A stretch of 64,000 nucleotides of DNA from Calditrichia bacterium (GTDB lineage Bacteria; Calditrichota; Calditrichia; RBG-13-44-9; J075): positions 297,808 through 361,807 of the forward strand of contig JACKAQ010000001.1 of assembly GCA_020634975.1 (NCBI GenBank). The letters are read 5' to 3'. The notes beneath the pieces were generated by a model. That model saw only the letters and a program-made list of their open reading frames with translations, did not search any database and had not been told where the DNA came from. Shown one piece after another: positions 11,701 through 19,271 of this stretch (its first letter is position 1; each line of letters starts with the position of its first letter). The position numbers and the translations under genes are program-made.

Positions 11701-13523
11701 ACGACGCGCCGGTGGTTGTCAACCCGATTGCCAATGTTGCCTTCAACGAAGATGCAGCGCCGGTAACCGCGACAGCTAACCTCAGCGCTGTGTTCAGCGA
11801 TGCTGACCCGGGAACAACACTGGAAATTACCGCCACAACCAGCGATGCAAACGTGACTGCAACGATCTCGAACGATAGTTTGATCGTCGGCGCAGCTGCG
11901 AACTACTTCGGAAACGCACAGGTTTTTGTATCCGCAAGTGACGGCATTGCCAGCGTTACAGACACAGTAGGCGTAACCGTGGTTGGCGTGAACGACGCAC
12001 CGGAAATCACCCCGGCGATGCCGGATGTGGCATTCGGTGAAGACGAAAGCACAACGCTGAACCTCGATGATTACGTTGCCGACGTGGACAACGCAGCCAG
12101 CGCAATGCTCTGGACCGCTGAAGTGCTCACAGCAACCGGCGTTACCCGCGGCGTTTCTGTTGACCCGACCGATCTGGATGTGACGATCGATCCGGCAACC
12201 CGCGTGGCAACCTTCAGCGCAACTTCGGATACCAGCGGTATCTTCACCGTGAAGTTCACCGTCAGCGATCCGGGCAACCTCACCGATACGGATACAATTA
12301 CCGTAACCATCTCCGGTGAAAACGATCCGCCGGCAGTTGCCAATGCCATCGCCGATGTAACCTTCGACGAAGACAGCGGACCGGTTGTCGCAGCCGGAAA
12401 CCTGAATACAGTATTCAGCGATCCCGATCCGGGTACCGTGCTGACCTTCTTTGCAGCATCAAATGATCCGGATATTCAGGTATCGATTTCCAACGACAGC
12501 CTGTATGTTACCTCCTCGCTGAACTACTTCGGCGCTATCAGCGTGGTTGTAAGCGCAGACGACGGCACCTTTGCCGTGGATGATACGTTTGATGTCACCA
12601 TCAATCCGGTGAACGACGCACCGGTGCTGGTCAATCTGCCCGCAGCTATCGAGTTTGCGGAAGATGACAGCATCACATTCTTCCTCGATACGCTGGTCAC
12701 GGATGTGGACAACACGATTCAGGAAATTGTGTTCAGTCTCGCACCGTCTGATCCGGTTATTTCGGATAATGTGGATCTGGTTCTGGATCCGGTTGCCCGC
12801 ACCATCACACTGGTTCCGAATGAAAACTTCAACTACCTCGGTGGTCAGGTATATGTTACCGCAACAGATATCGGCGGATTGAGCGACAGCGACACGCTGG
12901 ACTTCAACATCCTGCCGGTAAACGATGCGCCCTACTTCCTGGTTGAATTTGAATCGGACACTGTCAAACAGGATTCCACCATCGGTGGCAATATCTGGGA
13001 AATCGTCGAAGATCCGGAAACAGAGGATGCACTTCTGACCTATACCTTCAGCGGCAATCCCGATTCGTTGCTCGTCACTTACGACGAAAATACCGGTGAT
13101 GTAACCATCACGCCGGTATCCGGATTTACCGGAACGGTTGCGCTGGAATTCACCGTCAGCGACGGCGAACTGAGTGCATCTCAAACACTTACGGTAGTTG
13201 TTGAACCGACGGTAGGTATTTTCGACGACCCGACGGCGCTGCCGACATCGTTCGACATCACCCAAAACTATCCGAACCCGTTCAACCCGAGCACCTCGCT
13301 CAAATTCCAGTTGCCGACCGCAACGGATGTGCGACTGGTGATTTATAACGTGCTCGGTCAGAAAGTCCGCACGCTGGCTAACCAGCAATTCCAGGCGGGC
13401 TATCACGAAGTGAAATGGGACGGTATGAACGATTACGGTGTGCGCGCTGCAACCGGCGTTTACATCTATCGCTTCGAAGCCGGCAAGTTCGTGAAAGTGA
13501 TGAAGATGACCTTGATGAAGTAA
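2766..13523 (+). CDS. Giant (3585 aa) T9SS-sorted repetitive adhesin with an N-terminal signal peptide and ~30 alternating A/B cadherin-like modules
   Basis: The start follows an AAAGGA ribosome-binding site. The signal peptide is MMQRDKGFGVILTLFFLLLVGMTAAAQ. About 560 aa of non-repetitive N-terminal region is followed by VNDAPV.. (module A, ~112 aa) and VNDAPF.. (module B, ~97 aa) repeats. It ends in the same T9SS CTD (NYPNPFNPSTSLKFQLP...GVYIYRFEAG). Confidence 0.85.
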   Translation: MMQRDKGFGVILTLFFLLLVGMTAAAQTTYTWNVLDGTWDTATNWSPNGIPGTTDNVIISNGILRMNGVDRTINNINISQVSGGDTRIEMTGNLTINGTMTWDNGYILGDTLTTGIDDTLTIAVGAALEMNTGSKKNADNIAIVNNGAFNWTAGNFDLTYLTSTRESYFLNNSIVNITMTTDRNLLGGEFTIFENLGTINFSNTAASPITQFSLFFNDQGTVNVNAGTLDVRVGGVFTKATHNLASGAVIWIRRAGFTVDSLVTSGSGVSLIEDATITLNNDLVTQSGATTYLQSSEITGAANVVVDGTFQFDRTRIGGTGEVLINPGGSFGLVSPQPKNIARLIRNKGTITWDDSSIVDLEAGGDIINDTTGTMLITGAGTFSLVGGTGLFTNYGTVVKNGGGKTNWNVPFVNNGEISLLSDSLRFTKSLTNNDSGAVSGVGFLDVSAGAGFTNRGAFHPGDTLGALNFVGNYVNTTSTTDLDIQIGGNTPGAYDQLLVNGSAQLGGVLSLSRVNGFHPVPTDTFHVVKYGSRTGTFSSVDFPGHTYNLAYTDSSVMLTEIQRDNFAPVAVVDSITTDEEVAASVNVLANDSDGDADPMTIASFTQPTGGVVAQLGDSSFTYTPNANFFGADSFTYTVADGFNGSTVGTVRVTVNSINDNPVITGLPDLVFDNDSTEVLNLGTYTNDVDHDKNTLVWAATVIDAQPLPTSKVSNPALLVDVSQLNVAITDSIATFTANADSGGIYTVVFSVTDPLTGSDTDTMVVTLNIGNFPPVVSAPIPDFNFDEDSGPVVVESDLNNVFSDGDIGTIFTFTAVSENPDIQVSVNGNELSVTSTADFVGSGNVIVTADDDADTVSDTFLVTIDPVNDAPVAANVPDVNFNEDASTTLNLKPYGSDIDNLVGELSWTATVIAAQAPPSKRGSSYQITPADLTVNVTGDTLANFSATADSGGVFTVVFTVSDPGALSSNDTVTVTVNQTADAPYVASAIADLVYNEDDVPATASANLNNNFADPDPGTTLNFSAVSDNADISATVSNDSLLISSTLNYSGSGTVVVTASDGGLSVTDTFAVTINAVNDAPVIATIPDVNFTEDGSTTVALNDYVADVDNLDSEISWAAEVLSASGTVTKNGVTREVTPADLTVTIDGSNVATFAATADSNGVFTVKFTATDPGLLSDTDTVSVTVSSVNDAPFRTATIADVAFNEDAGPVTASANLNSNFSDPDPGTTLVFSAVSDNANITATVSGSQLTVNAAADFFGTGNVVVTASDGSLAATDTFAVTVNAVNDAPVVAGIPDVGFSENGSQTVSLDDYVTDVDNLPADMSWAAEVLSASGTVTKGGVSREVTPADLTVTIDGSNVATFSATADSNGVFTVKFTATDPGTLADTDTITVTVTPVNNAPVISAIPDASFPEDGSETVALNDYVSDVDNSDSEITWVAEVLTASGTVTKNGFVRQVTPADLSVTIDGNNVATYSATADSNGVFTVKFTATDPGLLSDTDTVTVTISSVNDAPFVVTPISDVTFNEDEGPVTATTTLSSNFSDPDPGTTLIFSASSDNVNITATVNGNALDVNAAANFSGTGNVLVTASDGSLTVTDTVAVTVNAVNDAPVVANIPDVTFSEDGSTTVALNDYVTDVDNLDSEISWAAEVLSASGTVTKGGVTREVTPADLTVSIDGNNVATLSATADSNGVFTVKFTATDPGLLSDTDTITVTVNSVNDAPFVASAIADVSFNEDGGPVTAAANLNSNFADPDPGTTLLFSASSDNANISASLSGSQLSVNAAANFFGAGNVIVTASDGSLSVTDTFAVTVSAVNDAPVVANIPDVSFTEDGSTTVALNNYVNDVDNLDSEISWAAEVLSASGTVTKNGRTRAITPADLTVSIDGSNVATFSATADSNGVFTVKFTATDPGLLSDTDTMTVTISSVNDAPFVAVAIPDLAFNEDEGPAIASANLNNNFSDPDPGTTLLYSVSSDNANITAALSGSQLNVNASTDFSGSGNVIVIASDGSLTVSDTFAVTVNAVNDAPVVATIPDVSFSEDGSTTVALNNYVSDVDNLDSEISWAAEVLSASGTVTKGGVTREVTPADLTVSIDGGNVATLSATADSNGVFTVKFTATDPGLLSDTDTVTVTVSSVNDAPFVVTPISDVTFNEDEGPVTATTTLSSNFSDPDPGTTLNYTASSDNANITATVTGSQLTVNASANYFGTGNVVVTASDGALSVTDTFAVTVNAINDAPVIATIPDVSFPEDGSSTVALNDYVADVDNLDSEIGWVAEVLSASGTVTKNGRTRAITPADLTVGIDGNNVATFSASADSNGVFTVKLTATDPGDLSDTDTVTVTISSVNDAPFVTSAIGDVSFVEDLGPVVASADLNSNFADPDPGTTLIFTATADAGILPSISNGQLTVNTQLNYTGTGNVVVRASDGSASVTDTFSVTVSPVNDPPAIAPAMPDISFPEGESTTLALNDYGTDPDNLDSELSWTATVLSATSGTLTVDIDGSNVATFSASGADSGGVFTVKFDVSDPSALSDTDTITVTIANVNDAPVIAPAIPDISFPEDGSTTLGLNEYVNDIDNLDSELSWTAEVLSAAGTVTKNGVTREITPSDLTVSIDGNNVASFAASADSNGVFTVKFTVTDPGALSDTDTILVTANSVNDAPVIAPAIPDISFPENGSSTLSLNDYVTDIDHNDSELNWTAEVLTGNVNQLTIAIDANNSATFSSSADSGGVFTVKLTVTDPGDLSDTDTISVTIADVNDAPVIAPAMPDVSFPEDGSTTVALNDYVNDIDNLDSELSWTAEVLTASGTFTKDGRTREVTPADLSVAIDANNVATISATADSNGVFTVKFTVTDPGNLSDTDTIAVTIASINDAPVIAPAIPDVSFPEDGSTTVALNDYVSDADHSDAQLTWTAQVLTATGGSTAVQIDPSDLSVAIDGNNVATFSATADSGGVFTVKFTVSDPGNLTDTDTITVTVESVNDAPVVVNPIANVAFNEDAAPVTATANLSAVFSDADPGTTLEITATTSDANVTATISNDSLIVGAAANYFGNAQVFVSASDGIASVTDTVGVTVVGVNDAPEITPAMPDVAFGEDESTTLNLDDYVADVDNAASAMLWTAEVLTATGVTRGVSVDPTDLDVTIDPATRVATFSATSDTSGIFTVKFTVSDPGNLTDTDTITVTISGENDPPAVANAIADVTFDEDSGPVVAAGNLNTVFSDPDPGTVLTFFAASNDPDIQVSISNDSLYVTSSLNYFGAISVVVSADDGTFAVDDTFDVTINPVNDAPVLVNLPAAIEFAEDDSITFFLDTLVTDVDNTIQEIVFSLAPSDPVISDNVDLVLDPVARTITLVPNENFNYLGGQVYVTATDIGGLSDSDTLDFNILPVNDAPYFLVEFESDTVKQDSTIGGNIWEIVEDPETEDALLTYTFSGNPDSLLVTYDENTGDVTITPVSGFTGTVALEFTVSDGELSASQTLTVVVEPTVGIFDDPTALPTSFDITQNYPNPFNPSTSLKFQLPTATDVRLVIYNVLGQKVRTLANQQFQAGYHEVKWDGMNDYGVRAATGVYIYRFEAGKFVKVMKMTLMK
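4735..12930 (+). repeat. Intragenic tandem repeat array with a ~627-bp A+B unit; many copies are identical over more than 100 nt
   Basis: One example is the ~125-nt stretch ttcggtgaacgatgcgccgtttgttgtaacgccgatctccgatgtaacc..., which is exact at ~7289 and again at ~9166. The motif gattccgaaatttcgtgggc recurs at 6100, 7689, 8317 and 8940. Confidence 0.8.
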
Positions 13524-13595
13524 CTGATTTTATGGAACTTGCAGAATTAAAACACTGCAAGTTCTGTGATTGCAACATCTGAGTTTTTACAAAAA

Positions 13596-13631
13596 GCCCT
13601 GCAAATTTAACCATTTGCAGGGCTTTTTTTG
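13596..13631 (+). terminator. Rho-independent terminator after the giant adhesin gene
   Basis: A GCCCTGCAAAT-loop-ATTTGCAGGGC hairpin is followed by TTTTTTT. A second hairpin (GAACTTGCAG...CTGCAAGTTC) sits at 13534-13565. Confidence 0.6.
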
Positions 13632-13703
13632 TGTCAATTTCCAAATCGGTTGACCGGGAATCGTTTATGCGGTATTTTCTGCAAAAAATATGAGGAGAAG
13701 ATA

Positions 13704-14051
13704 ATGCCATTAGAATTTTACAAATTTTTGCATATCATCAGCGCGATTTTAGTGTTGATGGCGTTGGGCTCTGCCGCTGCCAATAGCGCCGTAAAAGCTG
13801 CCGGTCAAAAGCTCTACGGGATGTTGCACGGTATTGGCATTTTGATAATGCTGGTCGCAGGATTTGGCGCGCTCGCCAAATTGGGAATGAATTTTTCCGG
13901 GTGGGTGATCACCAAAATTGTGCTGTGGGTGGTTCTCGGCGGAATGCTGACGCTCATCAAAAAGATGCCGGATAAAGCGATGTTGCTCTGGTACGCATCA
14001 TTCGCAGTTGCTGCGATTGCCGCATTTATGGCAATTTATAAACCGTTTTAG
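13704..14051 (+). CDS. Small 4-TM integral membrane protein (SirB2-like, hypothetical)
   Basis: A GAGGAG ribosome-binding site lies 6 nt before the ATG. The 116-aa product has four hydrophobic helices. Confidence 0.55.
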   Translation: MPLEFYKFLHIISAILVLMALGSAAANSAVKAAGQKLYGMLHGIGILIMLVAGFGALAKLGMNFSGWVITKIVLWVVLGGMLTLIKKMPDKAMLLWYASFAVAAIAAFMAIYKPF

Positions 14052-14078
14052 ACATCAGTATCGGATTCAATATTTTAA

Positions 14079-14108
14079 GGGACATGGCATGCCGTGTCCC
14101 TTTTTTTT
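14079..14108. terminator. Bidirectional rho-independent terminator between convergent genes
   Basis: A GGGACATGGCATGCCGTGTCCC perfect hairpin is followed by T8. Confidence 0.6.
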
Positions 14109-14165
14109 ATGTTTGTTATCAGGCAAGGATAAAGGATAAAGGATAAAGCATAAAATATTACGAAA

Positions 14166-15518
14166 TCATTTCGTTTTCTGCGTTCCAGGAACGAAATCGA
14201 AAACCGCGGTTTGGATGGCGGTTGTTTCCTCGCCGGTGAATACCGCAAAAATGGCTGCCACTCGTCCGCCAAACGCATCCACATTCAGATAATCCCCGAA
14301 AAACACCTCTTTATTACACTGGAAAGGCTTGATTTTACTGAGCTTATGATTTGTGAACGTTTGCCCGCCGTCGAGGCTGCGGGCGAGATAAATTTCGGTG
14401 GTTGTATCGTTGGAGTTGCGGCGATCGTAATACGCGATATTAACCGAGCCATCCACCGGATCAACCGCCATCCACGTAAAAAACTGCGCTTTGCCGTTGA
14501 AAATCGGGTCGTCGTTCACGCGAATGTGTTTTGACCAGGTTTCGCCGCCATCGCGGGAATATTTGAGGAACACGTCCGGATCGCCGTTGCGCTCGTCGAT
14601 CCAGTTGACGTAAACGCTGCCGCGATGCGGCCCGTCGCTCAAATCCGTTTTGGTCACCGGGAATCCGTTGCAGCGGGAAATCCCTTCGATGTCAATATTC
14701 CAGCCGCCAACCAGTTCAGTGAGCACTTTTTCTTTGGTGAAAGTGACGCCCGCATCCAACGATTTTTTGAACACCAGCCCGCGCGGACCACTCCAGGCGA
14801 TATACACTTCCCCATTCGGACCGGTTGCCGGAACCGCGCCTTCCACGGTGTAATCGTCATCTTTGCAGTCGCCGCCGATGTCCGAAATGCGATACGGCGA
14901 ATCAAATGTTTTCCCGCCGTCGGTGGATCGCGAAAAGAAAATCTGGGTGGAATCGTACGGCGTTGCGCCGTAATAGGCATCAAATCGCGTCCACGCGATG
15001 TACACATTCCCTTTGTTTGGCGATGTCGCGGCGTTGTCCGTAATCATCCACGGTTTGTCCTCGTGCGGCCGCAGCGAATTATCGTGATCCACCACTTTCA
15101 CCGGACCGTTCCAATTTTCGGTATTTTTGTCAGAATAGGTCACCCAAATACCGCTGGCTTTGCGCAGATTGGTGCGCAATCCGCGAAACGCGATAAAGCA
15201 GTGATAGGCAATCCCATCCGCGTTGAAGGTCATCACATCGTCGCCCTGAACGCGCTGTTCCGGGTTCATTTCGGTGATAATTTTCCAGGTTTTGCCGCCG
15301 TCGCTGGAGTGATAGCGCATGTTCACTACCCGGGTTTCGCCCGCGTCTGTGTCGCCATAGCGGATGGACGCGCCAATAATATTATCCGGATTGGTCGGGT
15401 TGATGGCGATGGACGGCTCCACCGGACGTTTGAACCAATCCTCAGAAAGCGTTGCGATGTGATAATTCTGCGCAACAACCGACAGGCTGAGCAACATAAC
15501 AAAAAACAGATGTTTCAT
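14166..15518 (-). CDS. Secreted BNR/Asp-box repeat glycoside hydrolase (sialidase-like beta-propeller)
   Basis: It has a signal peptide (MKHLFFVMLLSLSVVAQ). Five Asp-boxes are present: SSDGGKTW, SRSTDGGKTF, SLDAGVTF, SRDGGETW and SLDGGQTF. Confidence 0.75.
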   Translation of the reverse strand: MKHLFFVMLLSLSVVAQNYHIATLSEDWFKRPVEPSIAINPTNPDNIIGASIRYGDTDAGETRVVNMRYHSSDGGKTWKIITEMNPEQRVQGDDVMTFNADGIAYHCFIAFRGLRTNLRKASGIWVTYSDKNTENWNGPVKVVDHDNSLRPHEDKPWMITDNAATSPNKGNVYIAWTRFDAYYGATPYDSTQIFFSRSTDGGKTFDSPYRISDIGGDCKDDDYTVEGAVPATGPNGEVYIAWSGPRGLVFKKSLDAGVTFTKEKVLTELVGGWNIDIEGISRCNGFPVTKTDLSDGPHRGSVYVNWIDERNGDPDVFLKYSRDGGETWSKHIRVNDDPIFNGKAQFFTWMAVDPVDGSVNIAYYDRRNSNDTTTEIYLARSLDGGQTFTNHKLSKIKPFQCNKEVFFGDYLNVDAFGGRVAAIFAVFTGEETTAIQTAVFDFVPGTQKTK

Positions 15519-15617
15519 TGGGATTCTCCGACTGTTATTAATTTTCGGCGATTTGTGATTTTTTGGCGATTTGTGAATTACGGCATTTCGTGAATTACGG
15601 CGATTCGTGAATTGCCA

Positions 15618-18440
15618 CTACGGATTTTTTATCCGAACCATCGCATAATTTGCGGTTTCCCGGACAATCGGGTCGGAACTGGTGAGCAGCGCTTCCACCT
15701 GTTCGTGAAAACGCGTTTCGTTCAATTCCGCGATCAGATACAGCGTGCAGGCCTTCAGCCACTCATCGGGTGATGCGAGCATTTTCTCGAAACACTCATC
15801 TTCGGTAAGTTCGCTGATGGCAAATTCGCGGCGGCTCATTTCGATCAGTGCGTCCAGCGAATTATTTTCGACAATCGGGATAATCAGCCGTTTTAGCGAG
15901 GTATCCAGCACATTGTCCAGAAATTCAACCGCGTTCGCGCGAATATCCTGCCGATTGCTGACCACACCCAAATAGGCGTTATACATATCGCGCGGGCGAT
16001 AGCGCAGCCCCAGCAGCCGGAAAATACGTTCCAGATTTGCGTCCAGTTTTTCCTCCAGCGCTTTGATGAGCAGCCGCCGCGCCTGCAACACCCGCGAGGC
16101 TGCAACGCTCTGTTCGCCATCGGCGATGGCGCTGTGCTGCTGCACATTCAGCACGGAAAGCGTATCCATGTAATCGTGCGTTTCGTTCAAAATAATCGAT
16201 TCGATGGTTTTTTCCGGGAATTTCAGCATCGGGAAATCGCGACGCATTTTATTGAGCGCCCGCAGCACTTCGTAGCGCATCAGCTGCTTATCGTGATCGA
16301 GCTGGTTCACCAGAATTTCCACTGATTCCTGCACACCAATCATGCTGATCACCCGTGGCAAATTCATCCGGATGCTCCGTTTTGTTTCGGGATGCGTCAG
16401 CCGCGCGCTCAATTCCGGCAACACCTGTTCGCCGAATTCCGCCAGCGCTTCGCGGGCAAATTTCCGGACAGATTTATCGCCGATGAGATCGATCAGTTTG
16501 GGAACAAACGCCTTTTCGTGCAAAATGCCGATACTGGTTGCCGCCATCTGGATCACTTCGACATGTTGATCCGCAATCAACTGCCGCAAAAACGGTTGCA
16601 GTGCCGGCAATCGCGCTTCACCAATTGCTTTGGCAACGCTCACGCGGATGTATGATTTCGCTTCGGGATCTGCCAGCGTTTCCGTTCCGGACAACATTTT
16701 TTCGATCAATTTCGGCAAATCAAACGCTTCGCGAATATCCGGATTTTCGCCGTATTCCCGAGCCGCAAACATCAGCGCTGCGGCGTTTACGCGGTATTCA
16801 TCCGACTGTAAAAAATTTTGCAGAACAGCAACTTTTTGTTTCCCCACAGCTTTTTGCACCAGATAACCAACCGCCTCCAAACGGACACTCTGGCTTTCAT
16901 CAGAAAGCAGTTGGTTTGCCGCTTCGGAAATATCGACCGTTTCGTATTTGCTCAACAAACGCAACGCCTGTTCCCGAATTTCTGCAGAATGGTGATCCAG
17001 CAATCGTTTCAAATGTTCGACAAATTGTTGATTTTTAACGTTTTCCAGCAATTTCAACGCATACAAAATTTGCCGCGAATTATCACCTTCGAGAATTTTC
17101 AACAGACTGTCGAACAGCGCCGCTTCTTCCGGGTTCACTGAAAAATCCTCCAAATCGATGGTTCGTTTTTCAATCGCCAGCCGGAACGCATTGATGTATT
17201 CGCGGCGTACCTGCCAAATCAGCGCACCCCAAATAACAATCAATCCGATGATCAGCAAACTGACCTGTCCGGTGGAAAATCCCAACCACACGTTAAAAAT
17301 AATGAGCATAACGCCGCCAACGCCGGTCGCCAGACTATCCACAAAAACATCGATAAACGATTTTGCCTGCGTTTTAACCGACGACGGCACCGGCAAATAC
17401 AGCAACTCGAAACTGGCTTTATTGATCGATTGTTTGAAACTGCCATCCGCTACTTTGATGAGCACCGCCGCCCACAATTCCGGGAAAATGAGGATGGAAA
17501 CCGCACCCACAAAAATCCCGAGCGGCAGCAACAGCAGCGAAGCGACCACACCCAATTTGCTCAACATTCGCCGGGTGAGAAACAGTTGGATGCCCAGCGA
17601 AACGATACTCAAATTAGAGAGCCAAACCCCGAAAAATGCCGTTCGTCCATCTTTGCTGCCGATGCTCGCTTCCACAACTGCGTTAAATTGGTAATCCACC
17701 AAATTCGCCACAATTACGCTGACACCGACAATCGATGCCAACACCGTTAAGTGGTTGGAATTTTTGAAGATAGTGAGCGGGTTTCCGGCAGACTTTTGCT
17801 GAAATTGCCGTTGCTGATAATTTTTTTCAACCCGTTGATCGGTGGGGCGTTCCCGCCAGACAATGCGCAAAATGAACAAACAAATGCTCACGAATCCGAA
17901 ACAAATCAGCAGCAGGTTTTCCGTGCCGATCACCAGCGCAAGGTTGGTTAAATATCCCCCGAAAATCCCACCGGAAATGGCACCCGCGCCGATGAAACTG
18001 AACAATCGCCGCGCCTCGCGAGCGTTAAAAACGTAGTTCGCCATCACCCAAAATTGCGATGTGGTGATCGCCCCGAAAATCGCCACCCACACATAAAACA
18101 CATACACAAACCAGCTTTGCTGAACATCAAATTTGAGCAACGCCCAAAACGCCAGCAAACAAACCAGCACGATAACCAGCGTGCCGCGAATCAATTTATT
18201 CAACCGCAACTGGTTCGAAAAACGGGTGTAATAAGTCGAGACAACCGCCGCCGCAATCGCCACCAGAATAAAAACATACGGCAACTGGCTGGCGTTGAAC
18301 CGGTCCAGAAACAGCGAGTTGCGCACCGGTTTGAGCATCAGCAACGATGAGATGATCAAGAAAACGTATGCAAACATCAGTAATGCACGTTTTAACTCAC
18401 CATCGCGAATATCGAACAATTTTTGGAACAGCGTTTTCAT
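15618..18440 (-). CDS. TLC/MFS-type (ATP/ADP-translocase-like) polytopic transporter domain fused to a C-terminal HEAT/PBS-lyase-like repeat domain
   Basis: About 12 TM helices are followed by ~500 aa of alpha-helical repeats (LRLLSKYE..., VRLEAVGYL...). The start is placed at MKTLFQKLF; the six-frame ORF extends to 18572. Confidence 0.65.
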   Translation of the reverse strand: MKTLFQKLFDIRDGELKRALLMFAYVFLIISSLLMLKPVRNSLFLDRFNASQLPYVFILVAIAAAVVSTYYTRFSNQLRLNKLIRGTLVIVLVCLLAFWALLKFDVQQSWFVYVFYVWVAIFGAITTSQFWVMANYVFNAREARRLFSFIGAGAISGGIFGGYLTNLALVIGTENLLLICFGFVSICLFILRIVWRERPTDQRVEKNYQQRQFQQKSAGNPLTIFKNSNHLTVLASIVGVSVIVANLVDYQFNAVVEASIGSKDGRTAFFGVWLSNLSIVSLGIQLFLTRRMLSKLGVVASLLLLPLGIFVGAVSILIFPELWAAVLIKVADGSFKQSINKASFELLYLPVPSSVKTQAKSFIDVFVDSLATGVGGVMLIIFNVWLGFSTGQVSLLIIGLIVIWGALIWQVRREYINAFRLAIEKRTIDLEDFSVNPEEAALFDSLLKILEGDNSRQILYALKLLENVKNQQFVEHLKRLLDHHSAEIREQALRLLSKYETVDISEAANQLLSDESQSVRLEAVGYLVQKAVGKQKVAVLQNFLQSDEYRVNAAALMFAAREYGENPDIREAFDLPKLIEKMLSGTETLADPEAKSYIRVSVAKAIGEARLPALQPFLRQLIADQHVEVIQMAATSIGILHEKAFVPKLIDLIGDKSVRKFAREALAEFGEQVLPELSARLTHPETKRSIRMNLPRVISMIGVQESVEILVNQLDHDKQLMRYEVLRALNKMRRDFPMLKFPEKTIESIILNETHDYMDTLSVLNVQQHSAIADGEQSVAASRVLQARRLLIKALEEKLDANLERIFRLLGLRYRPRDMYNAYLGVVSNRQDIRANAVEFLDNVLDTSLKRLIIPIVENNSLDALIEMSRREFAISELTEDECFEKMLASPDEWLKACTLYLIAELNETRFHEQVEALLTSSDPIVRETANYAMVRIKNP

Positions 18441-18677
18441 TTGATGCGCGATTTCCCGCTCTGTGGTCTGTTTTGGTGACTGACAAACATACGAAGCGCC
18501 ATTGAATATTGCAAGATGGATGAAGAAAGGATAAAAGATGAAAAATCCGGAATCCCGGATTACATCCTTCAATGCGCCTCTTTAAAACAGCTCAGGATGC
18601 AACGACTGGCAACACCGGCACTTTTTAAAAAAAATAAATTTGAATAATTCATCCGGGCACGGGTAATATTAGATGTC

Positions 18678-19271
18678 ATGGAAACAAAACCAACAGACAT
18701 CGCAGAACGCGAGCTCATTTTACTCAGCCAACAAGGCGATGAGCTGGCTTTTTCGCAATTGGTGCAGTTGCACTACCAACAGGCAATTTCACTGGCAACT
18801 TACTGGACGGGCAACAGCGATGCGGCAATGGATATTTCGCAGGATGCATTTGTACGTATCTTTCGCAATATTGCCACTTTTGACATTGAAAAATCGTTCG
18901 CCGCGTGGCTGTACACGATTGTGAAACATTTGAGCTGGAACCACAATTCCCGAAAGAAAAGCCGCTGGCTGGTGTTCACGGATTTTTTGGTGAACAGAAA
19001 CAGCACATTTGTGGAAAATTTTGGCGGCAGCGATACGAATTCCGGCGAAGCCGATTTGGAAATCGACGAGCAAAAAGCCCAGATTCGCCGGGCGATGCAA
19101 CAGCTTTCTGAACCGGACCGCGAAATTATTTTGCTAAAAGATGTGCAGGATTACACATACAAAGACATCAGCGAAATGCTTAATATTCCTGCCGGATCGG
19201 TGATGTCCCGTCTGTTTTATGCCCGCAAAAAGCTGGCAAAATTGGTGGAAAAGGAGGTAAAGGATGAATAG
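18678..19271 (+). CDS. RNA polymerase ECF-type sigma-70 factor
   Basis: Sigma region 2 (FSQLVQLHYQQAISLATYW, DISQDAFVRIF) and region 4 (REIILLKDVQDYTYKDISEMLNIPAGSVMSRLFYARKKL) are both present. Confidence 0.85.
   Translation: METKPTDIAERELILLSQQGDELAFSQLVQLHYQQAISLATYWTGNSDAAMDISQDAFVRIFRNIATFDIEKSFAAWLYTIVKHLSWNHNSRKKSRWLVFTDFLVNRNSTFVENFGGSDTNSGEADLEIDEQKAQIRRAMQQLSEPDREIILLKDVQDYTYKDISEMLNIPAGSVMSRLFYARKKLAKLVEKEVKDE

Noticed and set aside
5000-12349. Numerous long minus-strand ORFs (for example 5433-6683, 7434-8102, 10599-11486) inside the giant adhesin gene
   Set aside because: They lie antisense to a strongly supported, repeat-rich, GC-skewed coding frame. They are low-complexity R/G/C-rich translations with no starts or ribosome-binding sites, and are artefacts of the repetitive sequence.
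4735-12930. A regular ~627-bp repeat array that could be mistaken for a CRISPR or satellite array
   Set aside because: The repeats are in-frame protein-coding modules (VNDAP...). There are no short direct repeats with unique spacers and no cas genes.
14128-14160. GGATAAAGGATAAAGGATAAAG short tandem repeat; a similar GGATAAAGGATAAAG is at 33996-34012
   Set aside because: These are very short AT-rich motifs in intergenic 3' regions. The two copies may be chance or a minor terminator-associated motif, and there is not enough to call an element.
14211-15593. Plus-strand ORFs 14211-14534 and 14625-15593 overlapping the sialidase-like gene
   Set aside because: They are antisense to a gene with a clear signal peptide and five Asp-boxes. 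The translations are Arg/His-rich and low-complexity.
18441-18572. A 44-codon N-terminal extension of the TLC-HEAT transporter ORF
   Set aside because: The family-typical N-terminus starts at MKTLFQKLF. The extension would lie in the divergent sigma-factor promoter region. The upstream start remains possible.
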